Below are positions 18,856-27,976 of a stretch of 64,000 nucleotides of DNA, piece after piece; position 1 is the stretch's first letter; every line of letters starts with the position of its first letter. The notes beneath the pieces were generated by a model that was given only the letters and a program-made list of their open reading frames with translations, searched no databases and was not told where the DNA came from. Location of the stretch: NCBI RefSeq assembly GCF_036245885.1, contig NZ_BTTX01000008.1, one strand, 5' to 3'. The DNA comes from Corallococcus caeni (GTDB taxonomy: Bacteria; Myxococcota; Myxococcia; Myxococcales; Myxococcaceae). The translations under genes were made by a program, and so were the position numbers.

Positions 18856-19311
18856 ATGATGCTCTTCGCACCGAAGGTGTTCCCCAAGCTGTCCACGCTG
18901 AGCCACGCGGGACGCTCGATGTATATCTGGGTCTACTACACCATCCCGCTTGCCTTCACGCTGCTGCTGGTGCCCGGGCTGTTCCTCAAGGTGATGGGCA
19001 TCTCACCCGGGGCCGCGGACGGGGACCTGTTCTTCATGAGGCTTGCGGGGGCACTGCTGGTGTCCATGTCGTTCATGTCTCATCAGGCGGCCATCCTGGA
19101 CATGCGCCAGTTCTTCGTCTGGGCGGTGATGGGGCGCACGTTCATCGTGGGAGTGCTCATCGTCTGCACGGTGCTGGGCCTGTGTAATCCCATCGTCACA
19201 TTCTTCGGCTGCATCGACTTCAGCGGCGCAATGTGGACGCTCATGGGGATTCGCCGCGACGAGGCCGAGGCGCGCGGACAGCAAGCGGTCATCGCCCAGC
19301 CCACGCCCTGA
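18856..19311 (+). CDS. Hypothetical small integral membrane protein (~4 TM segments)
   Basis: Hydrophobic segments (IPLAFTLLLVPGLFL; ALLVSMSFM; FIVGVLIVCTVLGL). Start chosen at the MMLFAPK ATG. Confidence 0.45.
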   Translation: MMLFAPKVFPKLSTLSHAGRSMYIWVYYTIPLAFTLLLVPGLFLKVMGISPGAADGDLFFMRLAGALLVSMSFMSHQAAILDMRQFFVWAVMGRTFIVGVLIVCTVLGLCNPIVTFFGCIDFSGAMWTLMGIRRDEAEARGQQAVIAQPTP

Positions 19312-19353
19312 TTCGAAGCGACCTCCCTCCACGCGCACCCTCTCGAACCCGCC

Positions 19354-20781
19354 ATGACCACCGCGATGCCGCTGCCGGCCTCCCCTCCCCCTCCAGCCTG
19401 GAATCGGGCCTTCCGCAACATCTCCCACCAGCACGGCTTCCAACCCCTGCGGGTGGAGGGACACCTCCCCGAAGGCCTCCGCGGGACGCTGTTCCGCCTG
19501 GGCGCGTGGACGTTCGACGTGCATGGGGCACCGCTCCAGCACTGGTTCGACGGTGACGGCGGCGTGATGGGCGTGCGCTTCGGGCCGGACGGCGTCCAGG
19601 GCGCGGCCCGGCTCGTGGACTCGCGCACCATGGTCACGGAGCGCAAGGCGGGCCGGCAGCTGTACGGCAGCTACGCCATGCCCACGCCGCTGCGCAACAA
19701 GCTGCTCAACCCCCAGAAGAACAACGCGAACACGGCGCTCTTGCCGTGGAACGGCCGGCTGTACGCGCTGCACGAGCCGAACCTCCCCGTGGAGCTGTCC
19801 CCGGAGGACCTGACCACCCTGGGCGAGACGAACCTCGACGGCGCCGTGCTGAAGTCCTTCTCCGCGCACCCCCACCGCGTCCCGTCGCGAAGGACGCGCT
19901 ACAACTTCGGCCAGCACCACGGCCGGGTGAACACGCTGGAGCTGTATGCCCTGCCGGACGACGGCAAGGCGCGGCACCTGGGGTCCGTGCCGCTGCCCGG
20001 CGCGACCATGGTCCATGACTTCACGGTCACGGACCGCTACCTCGTCTTCTTCCTCCCGGCGATGAGCATCAACGTCTTGAAGATGCTGCTGCGCATCGGC
20101 GCGTTCGCGGACAACGTCTCCTTCCGGCCGGGCGCGGCGTCGGAGGTGGTGGTGGTGCCCATCGACGACGTGGCGCACCCCATCCGCATCCCCGCCGACT
20201 CCTTCTTCAACTGGCACTTCTCCAACGCTTACGAGGACGGCGACACGCTGGTGGTGGACTACGTGCGCTACCCCGACTTCGCGTCCAACCAGTGGCTGGG
20301 GGACCTGCTGCGCGGCAATCCATCCACCGACGCCGACGGCATGCTCCACCGCGCGCGCATCGACCTGAAGGCCCGCGCGTTCCGCAGCGAGCCCCTGCTG
20401 GACCTGAGCTGCGAGTTCCCGCGCGTCGCCCCCAGCGTGGAGTGCCGGCCGTACCAGGCGGTCTACCTGGGCGCGCACGGCACCCAGGAGGCCCGGCGCG
20501 GCCTCTATGACGCGCTGGTGCGTCTGGACCTGGGCAGCGGCCGCGTGACGCGGGCCGCGCTGGAAACAGGCCAGTACCCCTCCGAGCCCGTCTTCGTGCC
20601 CCGCCCCGGCTCGCGGACCGAGGACGACGGCTGGCTGCTCACCCAGGTCTTCGACACGAAGACGGACACCACCCACGTGGCCGTGCTGGACGCCGAGCGG
20701 CTGGACGCGGGTCCCGTGGCGCGCTGCCACTTCGAGCACGCCCTGCCCCCCACGTTCCACGGCACCTTCGTCCCCGCCTGA
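19354..20781 (+). CDS. Carotenoid cleavage dioxygenase (RPE65/CCD family)
   Basis: Several family-typical His-containing segments (HWFDGDG, HDFTVTDRY, FNWHFSNAYEDG, HFEHALP). Confidence 0.8.
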   Translation: MTTAMPLPASPPPPAWNRAFRNISHQHGFQPLRVEGHLPEGLRGTLFRLGAWTFDVHGAPLQHWFDGDGGVMGVRFGPDGVQGAARLVDSRTMVTERKAGRQLYGSYAMPTPLRNKLLNPQKNNANTALLPWNGRLYALHEPNLPVELSPEDLTTLGETNLDGAVLKSFSAHPHRVPSRRTRYNFGQHHGRVNTLELYALPDDGKARHLGSVPLPGATMVHDFTVTDRYLVFFLPAMSINVLKMLLRIGAFADNVSFRPGAASEVVVVPIDDVAHPIRIPADSFFNWHFSNAYEDGDTLVVDYVRYPDFASNQWLGDLLRGNPSTDADGMLHRARIDLKARAFRSEPLLDLSCEFPRVAPSVECRPYQAVYLGAHGTQEARRGLYDALVRLDLGSGRVTRAALETGQYPSEPVFVPRPGSRTEDDGWLLTQVFDTKTDTTHVAVLDAERLDAGPVARCHFEHALPPTFHGTFVPA

Positions 20782-20922
20782 AGCCGGGCCTCCCGCGGAG
20801 CGTACGGCGGGGGGACCCGCGTGTGCTGGTCCTCCACCTGTTACGCCTGTGATGCCAATGCTCTGAACGGCATCGCCATCTCGCCACGCGCGTCGTCAGG
20901 AGCCTCCTGGCGACTGCCTCAC

Positions 20923-23607
20923 TCACCGGGTGCGGAGGAACGCCTTGACGCTCGGGGCCTGGACCTTCTGGGATTCGATGCACAGCCGGATGGACTCCAG
21001 GGCCCGGGCGAGCGCGCGCGGACCGCCTTCAATCTTGTCCACGCGAGGCTTGAGGAACGTCTCCACCTGCGCCAGGTCAATGTCGTTGCAGAGGTTCCCC
21101 GTCTGTCCAATCAGCCTGCCCAGCTCATCCGAGCGCAGCCGCTGGGTCAGTGCATCGAAGTGCGTCTGGTAGAAGTTCCAGGCCAGTGACTGCGACTCCG
21201 GCATCATCAATGCCATCCCGAGGATGCCCTGCGAGTCCCGCACGTCGAAGTCCGGCGAGACCACGACCCCCAGCGCCCGCCACAGCAGGTCCGGGTTCCG
21301 GAAGTACGCCAGGGACGCCAGCAGCCGGGTCCGCTCGCTGCGGTCCTGCTCCTTCTTCGCCGCCTCCAAGAGCGCGTCGAACAGCGCCGCGTCGCCATGC
21401 GTCGCCGCCCGGGGCAGCGCGCTGCCGAACGCCTCCGGGTCCACCGACTTGCGGTCCGCCAGCCATGCACGCACCAGGGGCAGCGCTTCCTTCACCAGCC
21501 GCGGATCCTCCCCGGTCCCGCCAGCCAGCCGGAGGAACAGCGAGCGCGACTCCTTCACCGCGTCGTCCTCGCCCGGCTTCGGCACCCAGCCCATCGCCCT
21601 CGCGCGCGCGGAGTAGAGCGACGCCACCCACGCTCGGAAGCGCTGGCGCTCCTCCGGCGTGAGCTGATCCACGCGCACCTGAGAGAGCAGCGAAGCACCG
21701 CTCTGCACCACGAGCCGGTTCGGCGATTTCGCGGAGGCAGGCACCGCCTTCAGCGCCTCGCCCAGCGGCAGGTCGCCCCGCTCCACCGCCGCGTCCACGT
21801 CCGCCCAGAGCGCCATCTGCTCCGCCGGAGTGAAGGCGGCGACCGGGGTCGCGAGCAGCTTCGTCAATTGCTCGCGCGTGTAACCACTGCGGTAGTAGCC
21901 CGTGCCGCCCGCGTTGAGCAGCACCCACGCCGGGCACTGCTTCGTGGGCAGCGCCACCTCCGCCGAGGCCCCCTGCAACATCGAGCACACCCGCGACGAT
22001 TGCGTGCCCGTCCCCACGCGAAGGCACACGGGCACCTGCCACTCCTGCTTTGCGTCCGCCTTGGAGCCCACCGGCAGGTACCGCTCCTGCGACAGCTTCA
22101 CCGTCGGCGCGCCGCCCGCGGGGCACGACAGCTGCGCGCTGATTCGCGGCGCCCCTTTCTGGACGATGAACCCACCGAAGGACTGCGCCACCTCCGGCCC
22201 CGCAGCCTGGGACAGGTCCGCGAGGAAGTCCTCCAGCGTCGCGACCTTCCACGCGTGCTCGCGGATGTAGCCCCGCAGCACGTCACGGAAGCGCTCCGGC
22301 CCCAGCCAGGCCTCGTACATGGCGATGACGGACGAGCCCTTGTCATACGTCGTCCCGTTGTCGAACGAGCCCACGATGTCGTCATTGCTCTCCACCGGCT
22401 TGCGCACGGGCAGCGCCGCCTCCAGCGCATCCGACTCCAGCGCGGACCGTGTCGCGGACATGGCGCGCTCCTGCTGGAAGTCCCAGGACGGCTCCAGCCG
22501 GTCCACCGTCTGCCGGTCCAGCCACGCGGTGAAGGACTCGTTCAACCAGATGTCGTTCCACCACGAGCAGGTGACGACGTCGCCGAACCAGTAGTGCCCC
22601 AGTTCATGGTTGGCGATGACCGCGTAGGACCTGCGGCGGGCCAGCGTCTCCTCCTCGGGCCGGATGAGCGTGAGCGGCTGCCCGAGCGCGACGATGCCCG
22701 GGTGCTCCATCGTCCCCCAGTACCGGGGCACCACCGCCACATCCAGCTTCTCGTACGGATACGGCTGGTCGAAGAAGTCCTCCAGGCCCTTCACGATGCG
22801 AGGCGTGATGCTGGCGGCGTAGCGCGTCTCCCCGCCCCGGCCCTTCGGGACGACGAAGCGCAGCGGCACGTTCGTGCGGCCCACGGTGCCCGCCTCCACC
22901 ACGTCGAACGGCCCCACCATGAAGGCCACGAGGTAGCTGGGCATCGGCTTGCTCTCCGCGAAGGTGACGCGCTCCAGCCCGTCCGCCAGCGGCTCGCGCG
23001 ACACCACGGGATGGTTGGCCAGCGCCACGTGTCCGGCCTTCACGGTGAACCGCAGGCGCCACGGCACCTTGAAGGTCGGCTCGTCGAAGCACGGGAAGGC
23101 GCGGCGCGCGTCGATGGGCTCGAAGAACGTGTAGAGGTAGGACTCACCGCCCTCCGCCACCCCGTAGAGGCCCTGGCTGCGCTCGCGGTCCACCCTGCCG
23201 GTGAAGTCCAGCAGCAGCTGGGCCTTCCCCACGGGAAGCGCCTCCGGCAGCAGCAATCCCAGACGTCCCTCGTTCGCGGTGACGGGCTTCGCGTCGAACG
23301 TGCGGCCATTCACGGTGACGCGCGCCCGCGTGACCTCCAGGTCCTGCGCGTGCAGCCACACCTGACGCACCGGCTCGCGGACCTCCACGTCGATGGTGAC
23401 GCTGCCGGGGTACGTGTCCTCCGTGGGTACGAGCTTCAGGTCCAGCGCGTAGTGCACGGGCCGCACGGTGTCCGGCAGCCGCAGCGCCGGAGGCAGGGCC
23501 TCTGGCCACGACACGGCGGTCGGCGCGGAAGCAGGCGGCGCGGCCTCCGGCACGTGAGCACAGCGGACGGTCAACACCACCAGGACCAGGAGTGGGAGCA
23601 GTCGCAT
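20923..23607 (-). CDS. pepN: M1-family aminopeptidase N, secreted or periplasmic
   Basis: Zincin HEXXH (HELGHYWFG), second Glu ligand (LNESFTAW) and exopeptidase motif (WGTMEHPG). Signal peptide present. Confidence 0.85.
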   Translation of the reverse strand: MRLLPLLVLVVLTVRCAHVPEAAPPASAPTAVSWPEALPPALRLPDTVRPVHYALDLKLVPTEDTYPGSVTIDVEVREPVRQVWLHAQDLEVTRARVTVNGRTFDAKPVTANEGRLGLLLPEALPVGKAQLLLDFTGRVDRERSQGLYGVAEGGESYLYTFFEPIDARRAFPCFDEPTFKVPWRLRFTVKAGHVALANHPVVSREPLADGLERVTFAESKPMPSYLVAFMVGPFDVVEAGTVGRTNVPLRFVVPKGRGGETRYAASITPRIVKGLEDFFDQPYPYEKLDVAVVPRYWGTMEHPGIVALGQPLTLIRPEEETLARRRSYAVIANHELGHYWFGDVVTCSWWNDIWLNESFTAWLDRQTVDRLEPSWDFQQERAMSATRSALESDALEAALPVRKPVESNDDIVGSFDNGTTYDKGSSVIAMYEAWLGPERFRDVLRGYIREHAWKVATLEDFLADLSQAAGPEVAQSFGGFIVQKGAPRISAQLSCPAGGAPTVKLSQERYLPVGSKADAKQEWQVPVCLRVGTGTQSSRVCSMLQGASAEVALPTKQCPAWVLLNAGGTGYYRSGYTREQLTKLLATPVAAFTPAEQMALWADVDAAVERGDLPLGEALKAVPASAKSPNRLVVQSGASLLSQVRVDQLTPEERQRFRAWVASLYSARARAMGWVPKPGEDDAVKESRSLFLRLAGGTGEDPRLVKEALPLVRAWLADRKSVDPEAFGSALPRAATHGDAALFDALLEAAKKEQDRSERTRLLASLAYFRNPDLLWRALGVVVSPDFDVRDSQGILGMALMMPESQSLAWNFYQTHFDALTQRLRSDELGRLIGQTGNLCNDIDLAQVETFLKPRVDKIEGGPRALARALESIRLCIESQKVQAPSVKAFLRTR

Positions 23608-23713
23608 GGGGGCGCAGCCTAGACCAGGCGCGTGCGTCTCACGCGGGATGCATTCAGACAGGGGAGCCGCTACGGTCCCGTTCCCCCCGTTTCAGCTACA
23701 AACCGAGGAATAC

Positions 23714-24337
23714 ATGCTTCGTCGCGGCAGCGGTCTCCCCTCCCTCTTCGTGTCCCTGTTCTTCGTGGTGGGCTTCGCGTCTTCCGCCAGCGCTGACACG
23801 TCCCAGACGTACGTGACCCCCAAGGTCAATGGCTATCAGATTGGCACCATCCAGCCCAACTACCCGACCGGGAACTTCAGCACTGCCGCCGATACCGCCC
23901 GCCGCTTCTGTCAGGACCAGGGCTACGGCGGCGCGCAGGGTTTCACCACCGCCATCCGGGGCTCCGCGTACACATACGTCGTCGGAGCGAGTGGCGTGGG
24001 GCCGTGGAACACCACCGGCAACGCGAACGTGACGATGCTTGAGACCGTCACCTGCATCACCTCCGATTCGGACGTCACGTACACGACGCCGATGAAGAAT
24101 GGCTACCAAGTGGGCACCATCCAGCCGAACTTCCCCACCGGGAACTTCAGCACTGCCTCCGATACCGCCCGCCGCTTCTGCCAGGACCTGGGCCACATCG
24201 GGGCTCGCAGCTTCACCATCTCCATCCGGGGCTCCGCGTACACGTACATCGTTGGCACCAACGGCGTGGGCCCCTGGAACACCACGGGTAACGCCAACGT
24301 GACGATGCTCGAGACCATCACCTGCATCACGCAGTAG
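23714..24337 (+). CDS. Secreted protein built from two ~90-aa tandem repeats (Cys pair plus N-x-T sequons)
   Basis: Signal peptide. The two copies share YQ(I/V)GTIQPN(Y/F)PTGNFSTAxDTARRFCQD...RGSAYTY(V/I)VG..GVGPWNTTGNANVTMLETxTCIT. Confidence 0.6.
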   Translation: MLRRGSGLPSLFVSLFFVVGFASSASADTSQTYVTPKVNGYQIGTIQPNYPTGNFSTAADTARRFCQDQGYGGAQGFTTAIRGSAYTYVVGASGVGPWNTTGNANVTMLETVTCITSDSDVTYTTPMKNGYQVGTIQPNFPTGNFSTASDTARRFCQDLGHIGARSFTISIRGSAYTYIVGTNGVGPWNTTGNANVTMLETITCITQ

Positions 24338-24427
24338 CCGACAATCCGGGCCGGGGGCCCTCACGGCCCCCGCGTCCCGGGTGTCTTCCTGATGCACGCG
24401 GTGGAGGACTGGGCGAGGATGCGCCCC

Positions 24428-25249
24428 ATGTCCAACCTCCAAGGCAAGACCCTCTTCATCACCGGCGCCAGCCGCGGCATCGGCAAGGCCATCGCGCTGC
24501 GCGCGGCCCGCGACGGCGCCAACATCGTCATCGCGGCCAAGACGACCGACCCGCACCCCAAGCTGCCCGGGACCATCTACACGGCGGCGAAGGAGATTGA
24601 AGAGGCCGGCGGCAAGGCCCTCCCCTGCGTGGTGGACATCCGCGACGAGGCGCAGATCCACGCCGCCGTCGCCAAGGCCGTGGAGACCTTCGGCGGCATC
24701 GACATCCTGGTGAACAACGCCAGCGCCATCAGCCTCACCGGCACGCTGGAGACGCCGCTCAAGCGCTTCGACCTCATGCACGGCATCAACACGCGTGGGA
24801 CGTTCGCGTGCTCGCAGGCGTGCATCCCGTACCTCAAGAAGTCCTCCAACCCGCACATCCTCAACAACTCGCCGCCGCTCAACATGGAGCCGCGCTGGTT
24901 CGGCCCCCACGTGGCCTACACCATCGCGAAGTACGGCATGAGCCTGTGCGCCCTGGGCATGGCGGAGGAGCTCAAGGACGACGGCATCGCCGTCAACACG
25001 CTGTGGCCCCGCACCGTCATCGCCACCGCCGCCGTGCAGAACCTGCTGGGCGGCGACGACACCATCAAGGGCAGCCGCACGCCGGAGATCATGGCGGACG
25101 CCGCCTACGCCATCCTCACCAAGCCCAGCCGCTCCTTCACCGGCAACTTCTGCATCGACGACGAGGTGCTGCGCGCCGCGGGCGTCACGAACTTCGACAA
25201 GTACCAGTCCGTGCCCGGCGCGGAGCTGCTGCCCGACTTCTTCCTGTAG
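24428..25249 (+). CDS. Short-chain dehydrogenase/reductase (SDR)
   Basis: TGASRGIGKAIA Rossmann motif, NNAS and YxxxK (YTIAKYG) catalytic motifs. The start could be 9 or 36 nt further upstream. Confidence 0.8.
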   Translation: MSNLQGKTLFITGASRGIGKAIALRAARDGANIVIAAKTTDPHPKLPGTIYTAAKEIEEAGGKALPCVVDIRDEAQIHAAVAKAVETFGGIDILVNNASAISLTGTLETPLKRFDLMHGINTRGTFACSQACIPYLKKSSNPHILNNSPPLNMEPRWFGPHVAYTIAKYGMSLCALGMAEELKDDGIAVNTLWPRTVIATAAVQNLLGGDDTIKGSRTPEIMADAAYAILTKPSRSFTGNFCIDDEVLRAAGVTNFDKYQSVPGAELLPDFFL

Positions 25250-25263
25250 CGCGTCCGGCGCCC

Positions 25264-26184
25264 ATGCCCCCGCGCAAGCTCCAGCGACACCTGGTCTGGC
25301 TCGAGTCCTTCACCGCCGCGGTGGAGGCCGGCAGCATCGACGCCGCCGCGGAGCACCTGGGCGTCGCGCGCTCCGTCGTGAGCGAGCACATCCGCGCCCT
25401 GGAGGAGGTGCTCGCGGACGGCGCCGCCCTGCTGGAGCGGGGGCCAGGCCGGCGCCTGCAACTGTCCGCGCGCGGAGAGCGCCTCTACGCGGGCACCCAG
25501 ACGCCGCTGCACCAGCTGGACGTGAAGCGGCTGATGGACCTGGCCCGCGTGGAGCCCACCCTGCGCCTGGGCCTCAACCCCACCCTCTCCATGTCGCTGC
25601 TGGGCGGCATCGCGCAGGACGCCGCCGCCACCGACCTCAAGCTGGTGGTGGGCTTCGGCGGCTCGCACGAGCTCATGCGGCAGGTGCAGACGCGGCAGCA
25701 GGACCTGGTGCTCGACTTCACCCCGCTGCCTCCGCACGAGGGCGTGGACACCGAGTCCCTGCTGCGCATGTCCTTCGTGGTCATCGCCGGCCCCGACTCC
25801 GCGCTCGCGAAGGCGCACCCCTCCCGCCGCTCCCTGGACGTGAAGGACCTCCAGGGCCAGCGCTTCGTGGACTGGCTGCGGGACGACCCCTACGGCGGCG
25901 CCAACAGCGCGCGCTTCGCCGCCCACGGCGTCTCCGTCACGGAGGTCGGCCGCGTGGAGAGCTTCCTCCACCTCTACGAGCTGCTGCGCGCCTACAAGGC
26001 CTGCACCATCGCCCCCGACGTGCGCCCCACCCAGCCCTTCCCGCCCGACCTCCACGTCTGGCCCCTGCGCGAACAGGAGCCCCAGGTCGTGGAGGTGGTC
26101 GCCCTGTGGCCCTCCGGCGGCCTCAGCCCCGGGGGCCAGAGCATCCTTGACGGGCTGCGTCGTCGCCTGAACAAACGACGATAA
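25264..26184 (+). CDS. LysR-family transcriptional regulator
   Basis: N-terminal HTH (LVWLESFTAAVEAGSIDAAAEHLGVARSVVSEHIRALEE) plus a LysR substrate-binding domain. Confidence 0.8.
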   Translation: MPPRKLQRHLVWLESFTAAVEAGSIDAAAEHLGVARSVVSEHIRALEEVLADGAALLERGPGRRLQLSARGERLYAGTQTPLHQLDVKRLMDLARVEPTLRLGLNPTLSMSLLGGIAQDAAATDLKLVVGFGGSHELMRQVQTRQQDLVLDFTPLPPHEGVDTESLLRMSFVVIAGPDSALAKAHPSRRSLDVKDLQGQRFVDWLRDDPYGGANSARFAAHGVSVTEVGRVESFLHLYELLRAYKACTIAPDVRPTQPFPPDLHVWPLREQEPQVVEVVALWPSGGLSPGGQSILDGLRRRLNKRR

Positions 26185-26276
26185 TCCGACGAAGACGTCG
26201 AATTCTGCCGGATTTCCGTCTTCCAGTGGGATGCGTATTCTTCAGGAGTCCTGTTTCTCTTGAAGGAGCCGCCGCG

Positions 26277-27872
26277 ATGACCCCCACGGAACGGACCATT
26301 GCCCGCCTTCCCGCGCACCTGCGCCGCTACGTGGTGTCGCAGGACTACGCGGCGTACACGCCCCGTGACCAGGCGGTGTGGCGGCACATCCTGGGGCAGC
26401 TGCGGGAGCATCTGAGCGACAAGGCGCACCCCGTCTACCTGGAGGGCCTGGAGGCCACGGGCATTGGCGCGGAGGCCATCCCCAGCCTGGACGAGATGAA
26501 CGAGAAGCTGTCCAAGCTGGGCTGGTCCTGCGTGGCGGTGCGCGGCTTCATCCCGCCGGCCGTCTTCACGGAGCTGCAGGCGCTGGGCGTGCTGGCCATC
26601 GCGGCGGACATCCGCACGCACGAGCACATCCAGTACACGCCCGCGCCGGACATCGTCCATGAGAGCGCGGGGCACGCGCCCATCATCGCGAACGCGCGGT
26701 ATGCCCAATACCTCAAGGCCGTGGGGCTGGTGGGGTTCAAGGCCATCGCCAGCGTGGAGGACCAGGCCGTCTTCGAGGCCATCCGCAACCTCTCCGTGGT
26801 GAAGGAGGACCCCACCGCCACCGAGGAGGAGATTGCCCACGCCCAGGCCCGCCTGGAGGCCGCCAACGCCAGCCACCGCTACATCAGCGAGAGCACCCGC
26901 GCGAGCCGCCTGTACTGGTGGACGGCGGAGTACGGGCTGATTGGCGACCTGAAGCACCCGCGCATCTACGGCGCGGGCCTGCTGTCCAGCATCGGCGAGG
27001 CGAAGCACTGCCTGACGTCCGCCGTGCACAAGCTGCCCCTGGGCGTGGCGTGCGCGGACACGGACTACGACATCACCCGCATGCAGCCGCAGCTCTTCGT
27101 GGCGCGCGACTTCGAGCACCTCTTCGAGGTCCTGGCCGAGTTCGAGGCCACGCTCGCGTGGAAGCGCGGCGGGGACCTGGGCCTCAACGAGGCGCTGCGC
27201 GCCCGCACGGTCAACCACCTGGTGCTCGCGGACGGCCGGGAGGTGACGGGCAAGGTGGTGGAGCTGCTGCCGGCCCCGAAGGACGTGGCCCCGGGCCTGT
27301 CCACCGCGCTGGCCCGGCTGGAGGGCCCCATCCTCACGTCCAAGAACGGGCACGCCCTGGACAAGCCGTTCACCGGCGCGGCGCTGGTCGCCTTTGGCCA
27401 GGGCACCCTGCCGGAGCGCGGGAGCTTTAGACTCGCGCTCGACAGCGGGCTGGTGCTGGAGGGCTTCGCGGTGGGCGGCGGAGAGGTGATTGCCCTGAGC
27501 GGAAAGCTGGCGGGCCAGGAGCTGACGCTGCCGTCCATGGCGCGCCTGTACCTGACGGAGCGGCTGCCGTCCGTGGCGGGCGGGCCCGCCGACCCGGGCA
27601 CGTGGGACCGGTGGTTCGGGGAGCTGGACGCCTTCACCGCGGGCGACGGCGAGGCCCAGGCGCGCGAGCGCAAGGCGCAGGCCCTGCACCCGTCGCTGGC
27701 CGCCCTCTACACGGAGGTGCGCCGCATCCGGGAGACGGGGCAGCTGGCCCCCGAGCGGCTGGAGCAGATCGCCCGCGCGTCCACGGACTTCCCCACCGAC
27801 TGGCTCCTGCGCGCGGAGGTGGCGGAGCTGCGCGGCGAGGTGCCCCCGCGGCGCGAGACGGCGCACGCGTAG
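26277..27872 (+). CDS. Biopterin-dependent aromatic amino acid hydroxylase (PhhA-like) with ~250-aa C-terminal extension
   Basis: Iron-ligand motifs (PDIVHESAGHAP; YWWTAEYGL). The first ~290 aa match the catalytic domain; the remainder is not recognised. Confidence 0.8.
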   Translation: MTPTERTIARLPAHLRRYVVSQDYAAYTPRDQAVWRHILGQLREHLSDKAHPVYLEGLEATGIGAEAIPSLDEMNEKLSKLGWSCVAVRGFIPPAVFTELQALGVLAIAADIRTHEHIQYTPAPDIVHESAGHAPIIANARYAQYLKAVGLVGFKAIASVEDQAVFEAIRNLSVVKEDPTATEEEIAHAQARLEAANASHRYISESTRASRLYWWTAEYGLIGDLKHPRIYGAGLLSSIGEAKHCLTSAVHKLPLGVACADTDYDITRMQPQLFVARDFEHLFEVLAEFEATLAWKRGGDLGLNEALRARTVNHLVLADGREVTGKVVELLPAPKDVAPGLSTALARLEGPILTSKNGHALDKPFTGAALVAFGQGTLPERGSFRLALDSGLVLEGFAVGGGEVIALSGKLAGQELTLPSMARLYLTERLPSVAGGPADPGTWDRWFGELDAFTAGDGEAQARERKAQALHPSLAALYTEVRRIRETGQLAPERLEQIARASTDFPTDWLLRAEVAELRGEVPPRRETAHA

Positions 27873-27916
27873 GGCCCGTCACCCGGAAAGACAGACGGAT
27901 GACGTGGAACGGCCCG

Positions 27917-27950
27917 GTCGACCTCCTCACGAGGTCGCCGGGCCGAAGCA
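27917..27950. terminator. Strong GC hairpin between convergent genes (candidate bidirectional terminator)
   Basis: ggcccggtcgacctc-ctcac-gaggtcgccgggcc forms a ~14-bp stem with one bulge. Modest T-richness on both flanks. Confidence 0.5.
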
Positions 27951-27976
27951 CTTCCGGGGGCTTTCTTCGCCGGGGA

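Noticed and set aside
19003-20760. 585-aa minus-strand ORF antisense to the carotenoid cleavage dioxygenase gene
   Set aside because: Antisense artefact. The + strand product has clear RPE65-family motifs.
21397-23622. 741-aa + strand ORF antisense to pepN
   Set aside because: Antisense artefact. pepN on the minus strand has the HEXXH, GxMEN-like and signal-peptide features.
23627-23643. Palindrome CGCGTG-N5-CACGCG in the pepN/repeat-protein divergent region
   Set aside because: Short GC-only palindromes of this type are expected by chance at 70% GC. No supporting context.
25992-27866. 624-aa minus-strand ORF antisense to the hydroxylase gene, and the 915-aa + ORF 27602-30349 spanning the LysM gene in antisense
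   Set aside because: Both are composition-driven open frames across genes with clear sense-strand homology.
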